Assembly: GCF_006345805.1 (NCBI RefSeq)
Contig: NC_043020.1
Location: 20,026,001-20,090,000 of the forward strand
Direction of reading: 5' to 3'
DNA length: 64,000 nt
Source: Octopus sinensis
Lineage: Eukaryota
Positions 1 through 12,110 of the stretch are shown piece by piece. The translations under genes and the position numbers were made by a program. Under the pieces are notes generated by a model, which saw nothing but the letters and a program-made list of their open reading frames with translations, searched no databases and was not told where the DNA came from. The first letter of the stretch is position 1. Every line of letters starts with the position of its first letter.

Positions 1-1224
1 ATGTGCAATTATTTATATCTCTATAGATTAAGTTGCAAATTACAGCTCTGAACTAATTGTGGTTTCTGATTTACAGGTATTTGAACTGAGTCAAGTGGGA
101 AATGGAGCCTGTTGAGTGTCGAGCAGTGATCCGGTTTTTGTATTTGAAAGGACGCACACCACGGGGGACTTTTGATGAAATGAAAGTAACTTATGGTGAT
201 GATGCCCCATCATATGAACTTGTAAAACGCTGGCATCGTGAATTCAAACATGGTCGGAACTCTGTGGAAACAGCTCCCAGATCTGGTCGCCCCCTTCTGC
301 CATTGATAAGGCATCTGTCCGTCAAGTTGAGGCTGTCATTTTGGAAGATCGACGCATAACTATTCGCCAAATAGCGCATGAGGTCAAGATTAGCACCGGG
401 TCTGTGGAAACTATCATTCATGACCATTTGCATATGCAAAAGATGTCTGCCAGATGGATTCCTAGGTTGCTCACACCTTTCCAGAAGCAAGAACACGTCG
501 AGTGCTCGAGGATGAATTTGGAGATGTGCCAAGATGATGAGTCAAAATTTTTCAAAAGACTGATTACACAGGATGAAACCTGGGTCCATCCCTATGATCC
601 AGAGACCAAACCCAGTCAATGCAGTGGAAGCACCGTGACTCACCTCCTCCAAAGAAGGCAAGGGTACAGCCCTCCGCTGGCAAGGTCATGCTCACAGTCT
701 TCTGGGACCAGGACGGAGTAATGATGACAGATTTCCTGGCAAAGGGTGCCACAATTACAGGAGTCTATTATGCTTCACTTTTGAGGAAATTAAGAGAAGC
801 TATCAAAATCAAGAGGCGGGGCAAGATCAGCAAAGTCATCCTACTCCTGCAGGACAACGCTCCGATCCACAACTTGAATGTCGCCAGATCAGAAGCACAG
901 GCGTGCGGCTATGAACTCATCCCCCATTCCCTTTCTCTCCTGACCTTGCACCCTCTGATTTTCACCTCTTCCCAGCCATGAAGTTGTTTTTGAAAGGAAA
1001 GCGTTTCCCAGATGATGCAGCCTTGATTTCTGAAGTCACGTCGTGGTTGGAGGACCAAGCTGGGGTCTACTACAAAAACGGTCTTCAGAGCTGCATCAAA
1101 GAATGGGAGAAATGCGTAACTCTGGGTGGTTCCTATGTAGAAAAAGACTAATAACTGTGCCAAGTTTCGTTGCTCTACTGCTATGGGAAGTGGGTCAGGG
1201 GCATTACTTATTGAACGCTCCTCG
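1..1224 (+). mobile_element. mariner (DD34D) transposon with a frameshifted transposase; left end lies outside the window
   Basis: ORF pieces 102-359, 341-721 and 619-981 give an HTH region (RAVIRFLYLKG), WIPRLL, TQDETW and LQDNAP. SPDLAPSDFHLF is in a shifted frame near 935-970. The right TIR ...CATTACTTATTGAACGCTCCTCG is followed by TA (1225-1226). Confidence 0.93.
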
Positions 1225-2607
1225 TATAATGGGCATCTTCAGTTTCCATCAACCAATTTCACTCACAAGGCTTTGATTGGCCTGGGGTTATATCAGAAGA
1301 CACTTGCCAAAGATACCACAGTGGGAGTGAAACTGAAACAACATTATATGATTACTATTAAGGCAGCAAGTTGGCAGAATCATTAGCACACCAGGCAAAT
1401 GCTTAGCAGTATTTCATGTCCTTATATTCTGAGTTCAAATTTTGCCAAGGCCAATTTTGTCTTTCATCCTTTTGGGGTCGATAAATAAGTAGGAGGTGAG
1501 GGGGGGGGGCAATGTAATCAACTAAACCCTTCCTCCAAAACTGCTGGCCTTGTGCCAAAATTTGAAACCATTATTATAATCAATTACCAGAAGTTACTAA
1601 AGTGCTGATAGTTTCATATCTTGACATTTACCAAACTGGTTTAAAATATGAGAGAGAGAAAGAGGAAGGCTTAAGCATGGCTGTGTGGTATGGAGTTTGC
1701 TTGTCAACCACACTGTATGGCACCTTAGGCAAGTGTCTTCTTATAGCCCAAGACTGACCAAAGCCTTGTGGGTGAATTTGGCAGACAGAAACTGACAGAA
1801 GCCTGACATACGTGTGTGTGTGTGTTACTGCCTTGACTTTGCACGACATGCAAGTGGGGGGGGGTCTTTCTTTTCCAATCATCAATGAAAATGTGTCTGG
1901 TCATGGGGAAATATTACCTTACTTTTGAAACAGGTGAGTTGGGGAAAGGAAACCATAGACAAATCCACCTCAACAAGTTCCATCAGATCCATGCAAACAA
2001 GGAAAAGTGGATGTTAAAATGATGATGATGATGATGATGATGTTGACAGCCACATACATATTGCCTTTGGTAATCAAGTGTTGTTTGGTTACAGGTCTGC
2101 AACAGGCCAATAATTGCTTTCACTGCATTTTTAACAGCAAGACTGACAATGTTTATATCATTTGCCAATGCATCATAAAAATTAATTTAAAATAAACAGA
2201 TGCTTGCATAGATACTCACCCCCATGTGTAAATACATACATACATATATTTGCATACATTAGAGCTTTTAAGTGTTTCATCTTTCTTATTAATGATTTTC
2301 CATATTTCTTTACTAGTCTTGTTTAGTTTGGAACAATAAGTACATTAATATTTCTAGAATTCTTTGGTCTCATCTGAATGAAAGAAATTATAGCAGTGTT
2401 TTCTATTACTGCATTCTGTAGTTTCCCCGCAAGGATCATGAGAACAATCTTGTAACCAATAAAATCAGCATCACCAGGTTTAAAATTTATTTATAAGTTT
2501 TTAACCATTAAATCCCAATTACGTATATACGATAAGCTTTTGCACAGTTTGTGTTTATCAAATTCCATACAGTCATGCCTAGGCCCATTTTACTGAATTA
2601 AACTTAC

Positions 2608-2831
2608 CATGTGAGCGCCATTTTGATTGGGGTGGTGAGGCACGAGGTAAACACATCTGCTGGAAGTTCAGGGTTCATAGGTAACAGCTCATCTTTACTA
2701 CAAGCGGCTAACTGGATACAGTTACTCATAGACACTGGGGTGGAAGCTGCCGTTGGATTAGTAGTTGATGACACTGAAGAACCACTGCTAATCTCTCCAG
2801 TCACTGAGGAATTATGAGTACTCATCATTGC
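2608..2831 (-). CDS. RPTOR: Raptor coding exon 6 (AMMSTHN...[39 protein letters not shown]); gene continues left of the window
   Basis: Matches human Raptor [39 protein letters not shown]. Acceptor TTTACAG ends at 2832; donor GTAAG starts at 2607 (phase 2). Confidence 0.95.
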
Positions 2832-3558
2832 CTGTAAATAAATAAAGTCAGAATGGTAATAGTGTGAGAGGAAAATGGAAATGATGGACAGAAAAGAAGA
2901 AAAAAGTAAAATGAAAACAGTTCAAGCTGGAATAGAGGAATTATGTATGGAGGTCTCCACCAAGTTAATTGAACTTTGTATACCTGCTAAGAATTTTATT
3001 AACAGGAAAAATAGATTACTGACATTAGAGACAAAAAGTAATAATTTGGTAGGATATTTGCATCTGAATACCTAGACAATCCACAATATCAAAGAAATAG
3101 AATCTTTTTTTTTACATAATTTACAAGTGAAATGGACTGCATGCTAGCAAAGAACAACAAATATAAAAGCAAACAAACAGTGTTTCTTTATAAAAGAAAG
3201 GGACAAAGAAAGAAAACAGATTATAATTGCAGTTTTCATTCCCCAATTTACAGATAAATTTCAGTTCAGACATTTTTGTTTTGGCTTTTTGCACACACCA
3301 TGTCACTAGCTCATTGCCTGATTTTATTTACTTTAATTTATATAATTAATGTTAATTTTATTTTTTAAAGGCAAGACAATATAAAAAGGAGGATGTACAG
3401 GCATTTGAGGGAAACTGAGCCTGAAGGAAAGGCAAAACTGTTGACATCAGTTATAAAAAAAAGAGCTTGCTCATTGATAGTAGGGTGTGGAGTACCTAGT
3501 GGCAGCAACAACAGCAGTAGTAGTGTTTGGGTTAGGACAGCAATTCCAGATAACTCAC

Positions 3559-3705
3559 CTCTCTTTCTTGTTCTCTCTGAGCAGAGAACTGTTTAAAAGA
3601 TTCCACAATTACTCCAGCATTAGAACAGTCATAAACATAAATAGATGGACTTCCCATCCAGCTCTGAAGATCATATATAGACAAAGGAATATACTGCGTG
3701 TATGT
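3559..3705 (-). CDS. RPTOR: Raptor coding exon 5 ([49 protein letters not shown])
   Basis: Near-identical to the Raptor RNC domain. CAG acceptor, GTGAG donor, 147 nt, phase 0/0. Confidence 0.97.
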
Positions 3706-4531
3706 CTGAAAATGGAGAAAAAAGGAAATCAATAAAGGATTCTAGAAGATTAGTTTCCCCTCACAGCAGCTCTAAAAAACCTGCCTACCACAACAGAATT
3801 GAGATCCTAAAACCAAGGTGTCACATTGAAAGCATTGGTGTGGGTGCTGGTGCCACGTAAAAAGCACTGGTGATAGTATCACATAAAGAGCAACCAGTAC
3901 ACTCTATAAAGTGGTTGGCATTAGGAAGGGCATCCAGCCATAGAAACCAAGTCAAAACAGATTATGTAACCTGGTGTGGTCCCTGGCATTGCCAGTTCCT
4001 GTCAAGCTGTCCAACCCATGCGAGCATGGAAAAATGGACATTAAATGTTGATGATGATGACGATGATTCCACTTCATTTCTTCATTTGTTCTCAGAAAAT
4101 TAAATGCACTCATTAAATAAGCAGCATTACATTATAATTCTCACTAACCCCAGACCTGATTCCAACACGTTAATATATTAGGGACCAATATGGTGACAAG
4201 TTGGCAGAACTGTTAGCACACCAGGCTAAATGCTCCAGTGGCATTTCGTCTGTCCTTAAGTTCTGTGTTCAAATTCTGGCAAAGTCAACTTTGCCTTTCA
4301 TCCTTTTGGGATCGATAAAAAAAGTACCAGTTGAAAACAGGGGCCAATGAAATCAATTTACTCCCTCCTCTAAAACTGCTGGCCTTGTGCCAAAATATGA
4401 AATCAATACATAAGCGATCATGCAACAGTTCTGCATTAATATGTATCAATACTACACCAAATCCCAGACAACTCTGCAACCAATTCCTTCACAGCATTAA
4501 TTAAATGCTAAATATACAAAACTACACTTAC

Positions 4532-4612
4532 TTTATTAAAAACCCAAATTTCTCCATTTGATGTTGGTTTTGGTACTCCATGACCATTATAATGGAACAG
4601 GACTCGCTCATC
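4532..4612 (-). CDS. RPTOR: Raptor coding exon 4 ([27 protein letters not shown])
   Basis: Hand translation; carries the HYNGHG motif of the caspase-like RNC domain. TTTCAG acceptor, GTAAGT donor, 81 nt. Confidence 0.96.
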
Positions 4613-4970
4613 CTGAAATTGCAAGACAGACAAGGGCTGAAACATTGATAAGCAGTAAATGACATGTTCCCACTATTCTATATCATTTACAAACTTGACA
4701 GAGACAAGAAAGGGGAGGGGGCAAAATGTGTAAGAATTTAATTTTTGCTGATGTCAAGCTGATCAATACAGCCACTGAACCACAAATCAGTTATTTTTAC
4801 AGTAAAAAGATAAATTTTGACTGACAGTTTCTATTACCATCTACATCAGCATAATGGTGTGTTTAGTGTTCAGATTACTCTGTTAAATGTAATGCTTTTT
4901 TGCAGTTCTATATTTAAGAGATGAGGAATTATGTACATTATTTACATTTGACCTCATCTTGTTTGTTGTT

Positions 4971-5015
4971 AACACAACGTTTCGGTTGATATACCCTCCA
5001 GCCTTCATCAGGTGG
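4971..5015 (-). ncRNA. Minimal type I hammerhead ribozyme motif (Penelope type)
   Basis: Minus strand reads CCAC-CUGAUGA-A-GGCUG-gagggUAUAU-CAACC-GAAAC-GUU-GUGUU. Core boxes are intact, stem II has one mismatch, and the palindrome AACGUU replaces stem III. Confidence 0.7.
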
Positions 5016-5344
5016 CTTGGAGAAATTTCGAACCTGGGTTCTCATTCCTAAGGTATTTTTCAATGTTATTATTATTATTATTATTCAGGTCACTGCCTGG
5101 AATCGAACTTGGAATCTTGAGGTTAGTAGCCCACGCTCTTAACCACTACGCCATATGCCCGTGGGCTGGTGGCATTATATTCAAGCCAGGTAGTATTAGC
5201 TTTGAGTCTCTACATATGGCGTAGTGGTTAAGAGCACGGACTACTAACCCTAAGATTCCGAGTTCGATTCCAGGCAGTGACCTGAATAATAATAACATCG
5301 AAAAATACCTTAGGAATGAGAACCCAGGTTCAAAATTTCCCCAA

Positions 5345-5390
5345 GACACCTGATGAAGGCTGGAGGATATATCAGCCAAAACTTGTTAAC
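5345..5390 (+). ncRNA. Degenerate hammerhead motif (second arm of the dimer)
   Basis: GACAC-CTGATGA-A-GGCTG-gaggatatat-CAGCC-AAAAC. GAAA is mutated to AAAA and the cleavage segment is partly deleted. Confidence 0.55.
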
Positions 5391-6426
5391 AACAAACAAG
5401 ATAAGGACAAATATCTGTCAAATGTAAAGAATGTAAATAATGTAATGCTTTTTTATTTAAATTGTTTTGAATTAATCATGTATTATCTTATAGCTTTGAG
5501 GTTTCAATGATACAATTGTTTATTTTTAGAATGCCAATGTAGGTTAGGTGTAAGAGGCTAGATATGGCCAGTTTGAATGTAAAATATGTAGAATATTTGG
5601 GCCAGATATGGCTGGTTTAAACACAACATCCATTTTGGTTTGGGTTGTAGAGTTGTGCAATGTGCATCTTTGTACATGTTTCAATTAGAAATCACACCAT
5701 GACTGTAATCCAATATCCTGATCACTTCTTACAAAGCCTTTCTTGGTCTACTTCTACCCCATCCCTTTTTATCATTATCAACTTGCCTTCATTTTATTTT
5801 CATATTATATAAACAAACATGGTCATCTTCTCAGAAGATGTTTGCCAAAGTCTGTCACTTCGAAAAATAACAATAACCAAGAATGAAAGTTTTCTGATCA
5901 ATTCATTTCTTTTATGTTTAGAAATATCATAATTAAAGAAGGCACGCATATGGGTGTTCAGTTAAGAAACTCACTTCCCAACTATGTGGTTTTAAGTTCA
6001 GTCCCACTGTGCAGCACCTTGGGTAAGTGTCTTCTACTATAGCAATAGGTTAACGAAAGCCTTGTGAATAAATGTGGCGGATGGAAACTGAAAGAAGTCC
6101 ATTGTGTGATTGTCTGGGCTTGTTTCCATTTGTGCTCTACAAAAGTTATTGTCATTTCTCCCATCAACAAATTATCTGCTCGCTCAGCAACTACAAAGAT
6201 GTGTGATATGAGAGATCCCTTACATGAAAAACAACCAATGGTTAGCAACAGGAAAAGTATTTGGCAGTAAAACAATACCGGTATGCTAGCATGGAAAATT
6301 CAACATAAAACAAAGATCAGGACAAAGGCTTTGACATTCTGCTGACGGTATTCTAATTCATGCATTTATGTTTGAAGTGTGATGTCATTTAACTACTGAA
6401 TCAAATAGAATGGAATTCTATTTTAC

Positions 6427-6587
6427 TTTAGCATTTCTCCTCATAGTTGTACAAAGTTTCTTGACTTCATCACCAGTTGGATCCAGGGATTGTTTGTAAC
6501 GGGCCCGTGGCTGCCATCTATCATACTGTTGGTGGAGACGATTTCCAATAGTCTCTAAAGCTTTTGGAGGACTCATGGAAAGAGGAT
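6427..6587 (-). CDS. RPTOR: Raptor coding exon 3 ([54 protein letters not shown])
   Basis: Hand translation matches Raptor. Poly-T CAG acceptor, GTAAAA donor, 161 nt, phase 1/0. Confidence 0.96.
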
Positions 6588-9162
6588 CTGAAAAAAAAAT
6601 TATTTAATTATTCCATGAATTTATGTAAAGTAGTGTGTGTATGTGTATGTGTGTGATGATGATAAATACACACTTCAAACATTGGAAAGTGAAGAGCATA
6701 CAGTATGTCCAGACTATCAGACTGTTACATATATAATTAACTATTGCATACCTGAATGAGCAGTATGGTCTTCATATGTAGCCATGTGTATCAAGGTTGG
6801 TCATATCCAGTCAATCTGATGATAAATCAAACCAACATGTACCTATTCAATCATGATTGACTTAGGACTAACACAACAACCATCAATCTACTGGATGTGC
6901 ATGTGTGTGTGCATGCGCACCATATAAATATATGACTGGAAGAGGAATGGGTTCTTCCAGTTTTAAAATACTCAAGGTATGTTGTATGTAATGAAAACAC
7001 TACTACAACTGTCAGAAGTTGAGAACCCTCAGGAAAGAGAAAGGGATGTGTGTATCATGTGATTGACCAGACCATTGAATGTTGTTATATATTACTGGTC
7101 CCCATGGACTTTGCATCATTTTAGCTTTCAAATGATGCCATCCTGCTGGCAAGGTGAGCAGGCCAACATTCCTCCAGATGGAGCAACATGAAATGAAGTG
7201 CTTTGTTCAAGAACACAACATGCTGCTCGGTTTGAAAAATCGAACCCACGATCTAGCAATTGTGAGTGCAAGACTTTAACCACTAAGCCACATTCATATA
7301 TATATTTGTTATATGCAACAAAAGTAGTATTAGATTAAAATAGCAAATTTACTGTGGTATTTGCCCAAAGATAATGTTTCTAACGGACTTGCTGTGTTTA
7401 AAAACACAATATATTGGAAGCAGATGAAAATCATCTTAGCAGTGGCTGGTGAGAACACCAGATGCATTTGTGCCTCACGGGTATTGTCAATAGCATGTAC
7501 TTACAGCCAACTGCATGTCTAGGTGAAATTTGTTGTCAGTGATATAGGAAAACAGTAAATAAATAATTACTGATGATGTGAATAGCCACACAGCTGAATA
7601 AAAATCCTTTATACGCAACAGAAGCAGCATTAGATTAAAATAGTCATGAGAAGCAACTCGAATTGTTATAAAATACACGTAACTCCAACCAAATGTGTTG
7701 AGTGCTACTTTATTTGTTCACATGAACATACACATATATACACAAACATATTTTTTTACTCTTAAAAAGTAAATATGAGATATGACATCTACTTAATAGG
7801 GAAATCCAGTCACATATATGATATACCATACAATGCTATGATAAAGAGATACTGGAAAACAGAATGGAATAAATAAGTAACATAGTAATACAAAAATGTA
7901 TTGCAAGGGCAGGAAAGACAAAAAATATTTTTTAAATGCACTGATTGCATTTATTTGTGTACTCAATATTTAATAATGTTTAATCCCCTTAGCTGTAAAG
8001 CTAATGAATTCATCATCATTTTACATCAGTTTCCCATGCTGGAATGAGCTGGCCAGTTCAACAGGAATCAACAGATCAAAAGACTCAGTCTTGTTCCAAT
8101 GTCTCAGTTTTGTTTACATCTACAGCTTGATGCCCTTCCTAACACTAACCACTTTATAGAGTATACTGAATGCATTTTTCATGGTACCAACACAACTGAG
8201 ATTGCAGAACTAAAGGGGCTTCTTGAGCCCTGCATTATTGCAGCTCAATTTGAACTACCAATCATTACTGACTGTATTGGGAGCTTATTTTGCGGTACCA
8301 GCCTTAGTGGAGTTGCTTTGTAGCTAGCAAGGTGAGAGAGACCCACACAATGGATGGGAAAGATTTATTGTTGTGAGAGAATGATAGTGGAGAGAGTAAC
8401 AGAAGGAACAGTGTCCAGAAGGGCAATGTCAGGATTAGTGTGAAGGAGAGGGGACAAAGTGGTAACGAGTAGGTTGAATAGGTGAAGCCTGTGATGGAGT
8501 GTGTCAATCTGCATACTATGCCTACATGGGTTGGAAGGGTCAAGAATTTTCAAACCAGTTCTGAATAAAGTTACATAGGTTTAGTGTTCAGAGAAGATGG
8601 TAGGGGAGAGAGAGTAATAAAGACAGCGTTAGAGAAGGGGGTAGTGAAAGAGAAAGAGAAATGGATGTCATTGGGGTGGGTTATGTGAGAGAGAGAGAGA
8701 GAGTGTTATACAGTGATGGGATGGTAGGAGATGCATTATTCTTGCAGTCAATTAACAGAATCATTACAACACTAAAATGAAATGCTGTGCAACGCTTTGT
8801 TACATTCCTATAAGTTCAAATTTCACCAACATCAACTTTGTCTTCCATTCTTCCAAGAAGTCAATGTAATAAAATGCTGGTTAAAATAAAGTACTAATTA
8901 AGTATAGGGTCAGTTTAATTGAATATAAACATTCCTCAAAATTAAGTTTTTTTTTTCCTTTTTAAAAATCAATATTTCTACATCAATCTACTGTCTTGAA
9001 TCAAATAATTCTGAAAATCTTGACATTTATTCAAGCTACTTTTAAATTTGTGTCTAAATATCCTAATTTACAAAATGAAGAAAAAAGATTGGAAAATAAG
9101 TTACATCCTCTGATGTAATAAAAACAATTGCAAAAAACACATAAGACACACACACATATATA

Positions 9163-9642
9163 CGGTGTCCCAAAATTAACTATCTATTTTAATGGCAATT
9201 TTTTTAAAGAAACTGACAGAATTTTGTGTTTGTTAATTATGACACCAAAGCAAATAGATTTATAAATCTTGCAAATGCACTCTATTTGTATCCCTACAAA
9301 TTTCAAATCTATCTTTAGCATTGTGAAACACATTTTGAAGCACTTCAGACATTATCTCCTGCACTGCTAAATGTGTTCTTTAAGTTCAGCCAAACTATTG
9401 CTCCATCTTGGGGATGGAGGTAGAGAACATGAATGCTGCAAAATTGAATAAAAGCTGTCCTGGACAGACAAGCAGGATCTAACAGGAAAGAAAAGAAAAT
9501 TATTTTAAAAAATTATAAAATTATAAACAAAATTAAAAATTTATACATATCTAACACATATTAATCATGATAAACATAAATAAAAGTGAATTTTAAAAAA
9601 AATTGTCCAATTTCACTGAAATAGATAATTAATTCTGAGACA
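9163..9642. mobile_element. Tc1/mariner-type MITE remnant
   Basis: Left end TA|CGGTGTCCCAAAATTAACTATCTATTT...; right end ...AAATAGATAATTAATTCTGAGACA. These form imperfect TIRs of about 45 bp. Confidence 0.6.
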
Positions 9643-9658
9643 AGCGAAAGTTACTCAC

Positions 9659-9761
9659 CGACCCAACATTCTAAACGAGCACAAGGAGAGGTTTTCACAA
9701 CATCAGGAGGGTCCACTCCAACGTTCAAACATAATACCAAGGCAACACTGACAGTTTTCAT
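9659..9761 (-). CDS. RPTOR: Raptor coding exon 2 ([34 protein letters not shown])
   Basis: Almost identical to human Raptor. TTTTCAG acceptor, GTGAGT donor, 103 nt, phase 0/1. Confidence 0.97.
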
Positions 9762-9906
9762 CTGAAAAATAAATATCACCAAAACAGTTGTTGAATATGT
9801 ACTTTCAAATGGTTTTCATTCTTAACACCAGATCCCTTAAAATGAATTAAAACTGTGTTTTCATAAAGGAGAAAAAGAATAATTTCATTATTAACCATTC
9901 ACAGAG

Positions 9907-10165
9907 CCTACGAGGTTCTCAACTGGGATCCATATGGCCCTTGAGGACCTCTTATAAGATTTTGTTATTAAAATTCATCTGCAATAAAATTGGTTATACT
10001 TCTACGATACACAAAATATTTTAATTATTTTTTATACAATTCCTAATAATGTTTAATTATAAAAAGACAATATAATTTTTTAAACATCAAATGGCTAGGA
10101 GGGTCCATATGAGTAAAATAGGAACCAAAGAGTTCATAAGTAAACAAAATAGTTGAGAAATGCTG
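9907..10165. mobile_element. hAT-type MITE
   Basis: Ends ...GAGGTTCTCAAC and GTTGAGAAATGCTG resemble CAGNGGTTCTCAA-type hAT TIRs. A related element lies at ~45655-46271. Confidence 0.5.
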
Positions 10166-11589
10166 CTCTAAATGTTAAAGTACTGACCATACGCCAGGGC
10201 TCATTCAACTCTCTCTCCTACGACAACAGTAACTCTCACTTCTAATGGGTCCACCTAAACTCACTCATTTCATCCATCTCTTCTTCTCCAGTAATAAACT
10301 ATCCAAATCCCTATGCTAAAACAACCCTCTTCCTTTCTCCTCCGTCTCTGTGTCTTCCTGGAACTCACCCTCACTGCAGATTCAACAACAACTACCTTAA
10401 CCCTATCACCCAGTATCTGAAAACACCACACACTGTTCTTTTTTTACTAACAACAAAAAAATGCCCCATGAAGAGCACACACTTCTGAATTGTACATATA
10501 TGTTTGTGTGCATCTATGTTTTGACATTTACATCATGGTTGTAAATGAACATCACCATCAAACAAGTGGTGTTGTTCATTTCCAGGTTTCCATGGTAAAT
10601 ATTACCTTGCCTGGAAATAGGTGATGGTCAACAACAAGAAGGGCAACTGGCCATAGAAAATCTACTTCAACAAATTCCACCTGACCCATGCAAACATGAA
10701 AAAGTGGATGCTAAATGACGATGATGATGGTAATGATGATAATGAGGATTCAGGTTTCTCTCAAGCAATTCAACATCCTTGCATCATTAAGAAATTCATT
10801 TCCTAACCATTTGGCCTTAGATTCAGATGCACAACACTTTGGGCAAATGTCTTCTACTATAGTCCCAGGCCAACTGAAGCTATGTGAGTGGATTTGGTAG
10901 ACTGTGTGTGTGCATGCACAAATGTATGTTTGCTCACATCTGCACTCGCTTATACAAACATCACAATATTCAAGCAGTGTTGTTTCTGGCACTTCTGTCA
11001 ATAAATCATCTGCTGACTTATCTTTGAAGCCATATTGAATAAGAGAAACTTATTCTATTTGAAAACCAGGTAAGGGTTAGCATTAAAGAAAAAGGCTTTA
11101 GGCTGTAAAACAATGCTTCAATAATATATTTGTATAACCCATGCTTGCATAGAAAAATGAAACTAAACAGTCAAGATTTCTCATTCCATTCCTTAACTTG
11201 CACACCAAACCATATTTGAAGACTTCATTGATGAAAATCAGCTGAACTATTTTAGCCATACTACCACACCATGTGCTGGGTGGGGACCAGCATGCCAAAG
11301 AATAGACCCAACATCTCTTCATGTTGTAAACAGTGACTAAAAGAGGCTGAGGTAGGATTTGCAATCTGACATTAGTTAAAACCTTCATCAGTAATGACTA
11401 CCCAAACAGACCCATGAATTGGAGGGTTGTCACTTGAGTGGGGCAAAGGTGTCATTCGTCAAGATTAGGGAATCACCAACAAATGGTGGATGCAGTGAAA
11501 CACTGTTACACCACACACACACCCATATTACTACTTCTGTACCTTAGCCACTGTTGCCAAAGGGAAAACAGAAATGCAATTTTCACAAT

Positions 11590-12110
11590 GGATGTTTCAA
11601 TACCTTGCTTCCACACCCTAAACTTCGTCTTTAGATCTGACAGTGACTCAGCTATTAAGCCAGGGGCAGCTTGTCTTGAACTCCTCTGTTATTGCCTGGA
11701 GGACTACAATGAATAAGAGTGGAGCTGAGGACTGATCCTTGGTGAACCCCTCCTTCTACTTGGAATTCTTCACTATACTCATTGCCAACCCTCACCTTAC
11801 TGGCAGTATCCGTATACAGGGCTTGTATAGCTCTTACCAACCACTCATCTATCCCCAGTTTCTGCATTGATCACCAGATAATGGATTGGGGGAACCTGTC
11901 AAAGGCTTTCCCCAAGTCAACAAAAGCTAAGTACAGAGGTTTATCTTTGGCTAGGAATTTCACCTGCAGTTGCCTTATCAGAAATATAGCATCAGTGGTG
12001 CTTCTGCCTGGCACAAAACCAAACTGCATCTCATCTAGACTAACTCTCTCCCTAACTAGTTGGGCTATGATCCTCTCAGTAACTTTCATCACCTGATCTA
12101 ATAATTTGAA
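11590..12110 (-). mobile_element. RTE LINE reverse-transcriptase fragment, decayed
   Basis: [25 protein letters not shown]...AFVDLGKAFD and VHQGSVLS; same family as the element at 33991-36575. Confidence 0.9.

Larger units (their letters stand above)
4902..5438. mobile_element. Inverted dimer of a Penelope-associated repeat (tRNA-like head plus hammerhead core), flanked by a 16-bp TSD
   Basis: Arms ~4908-5166 (-) and ~5213-5443 (+) are reverse complements. AATGTAATGCTTTTTT occurs at 4886-4901 and again at 5439-5454. Confidence 0.85.

Noticed and set aside
5213-5282. tRNA gene (also 37670-37742 and 61850-61930)
   Set aside because: A/B boxes are present but the acceptor stem does not pair, and each head continues into a repeat body, so these are tRNA-derived heads.
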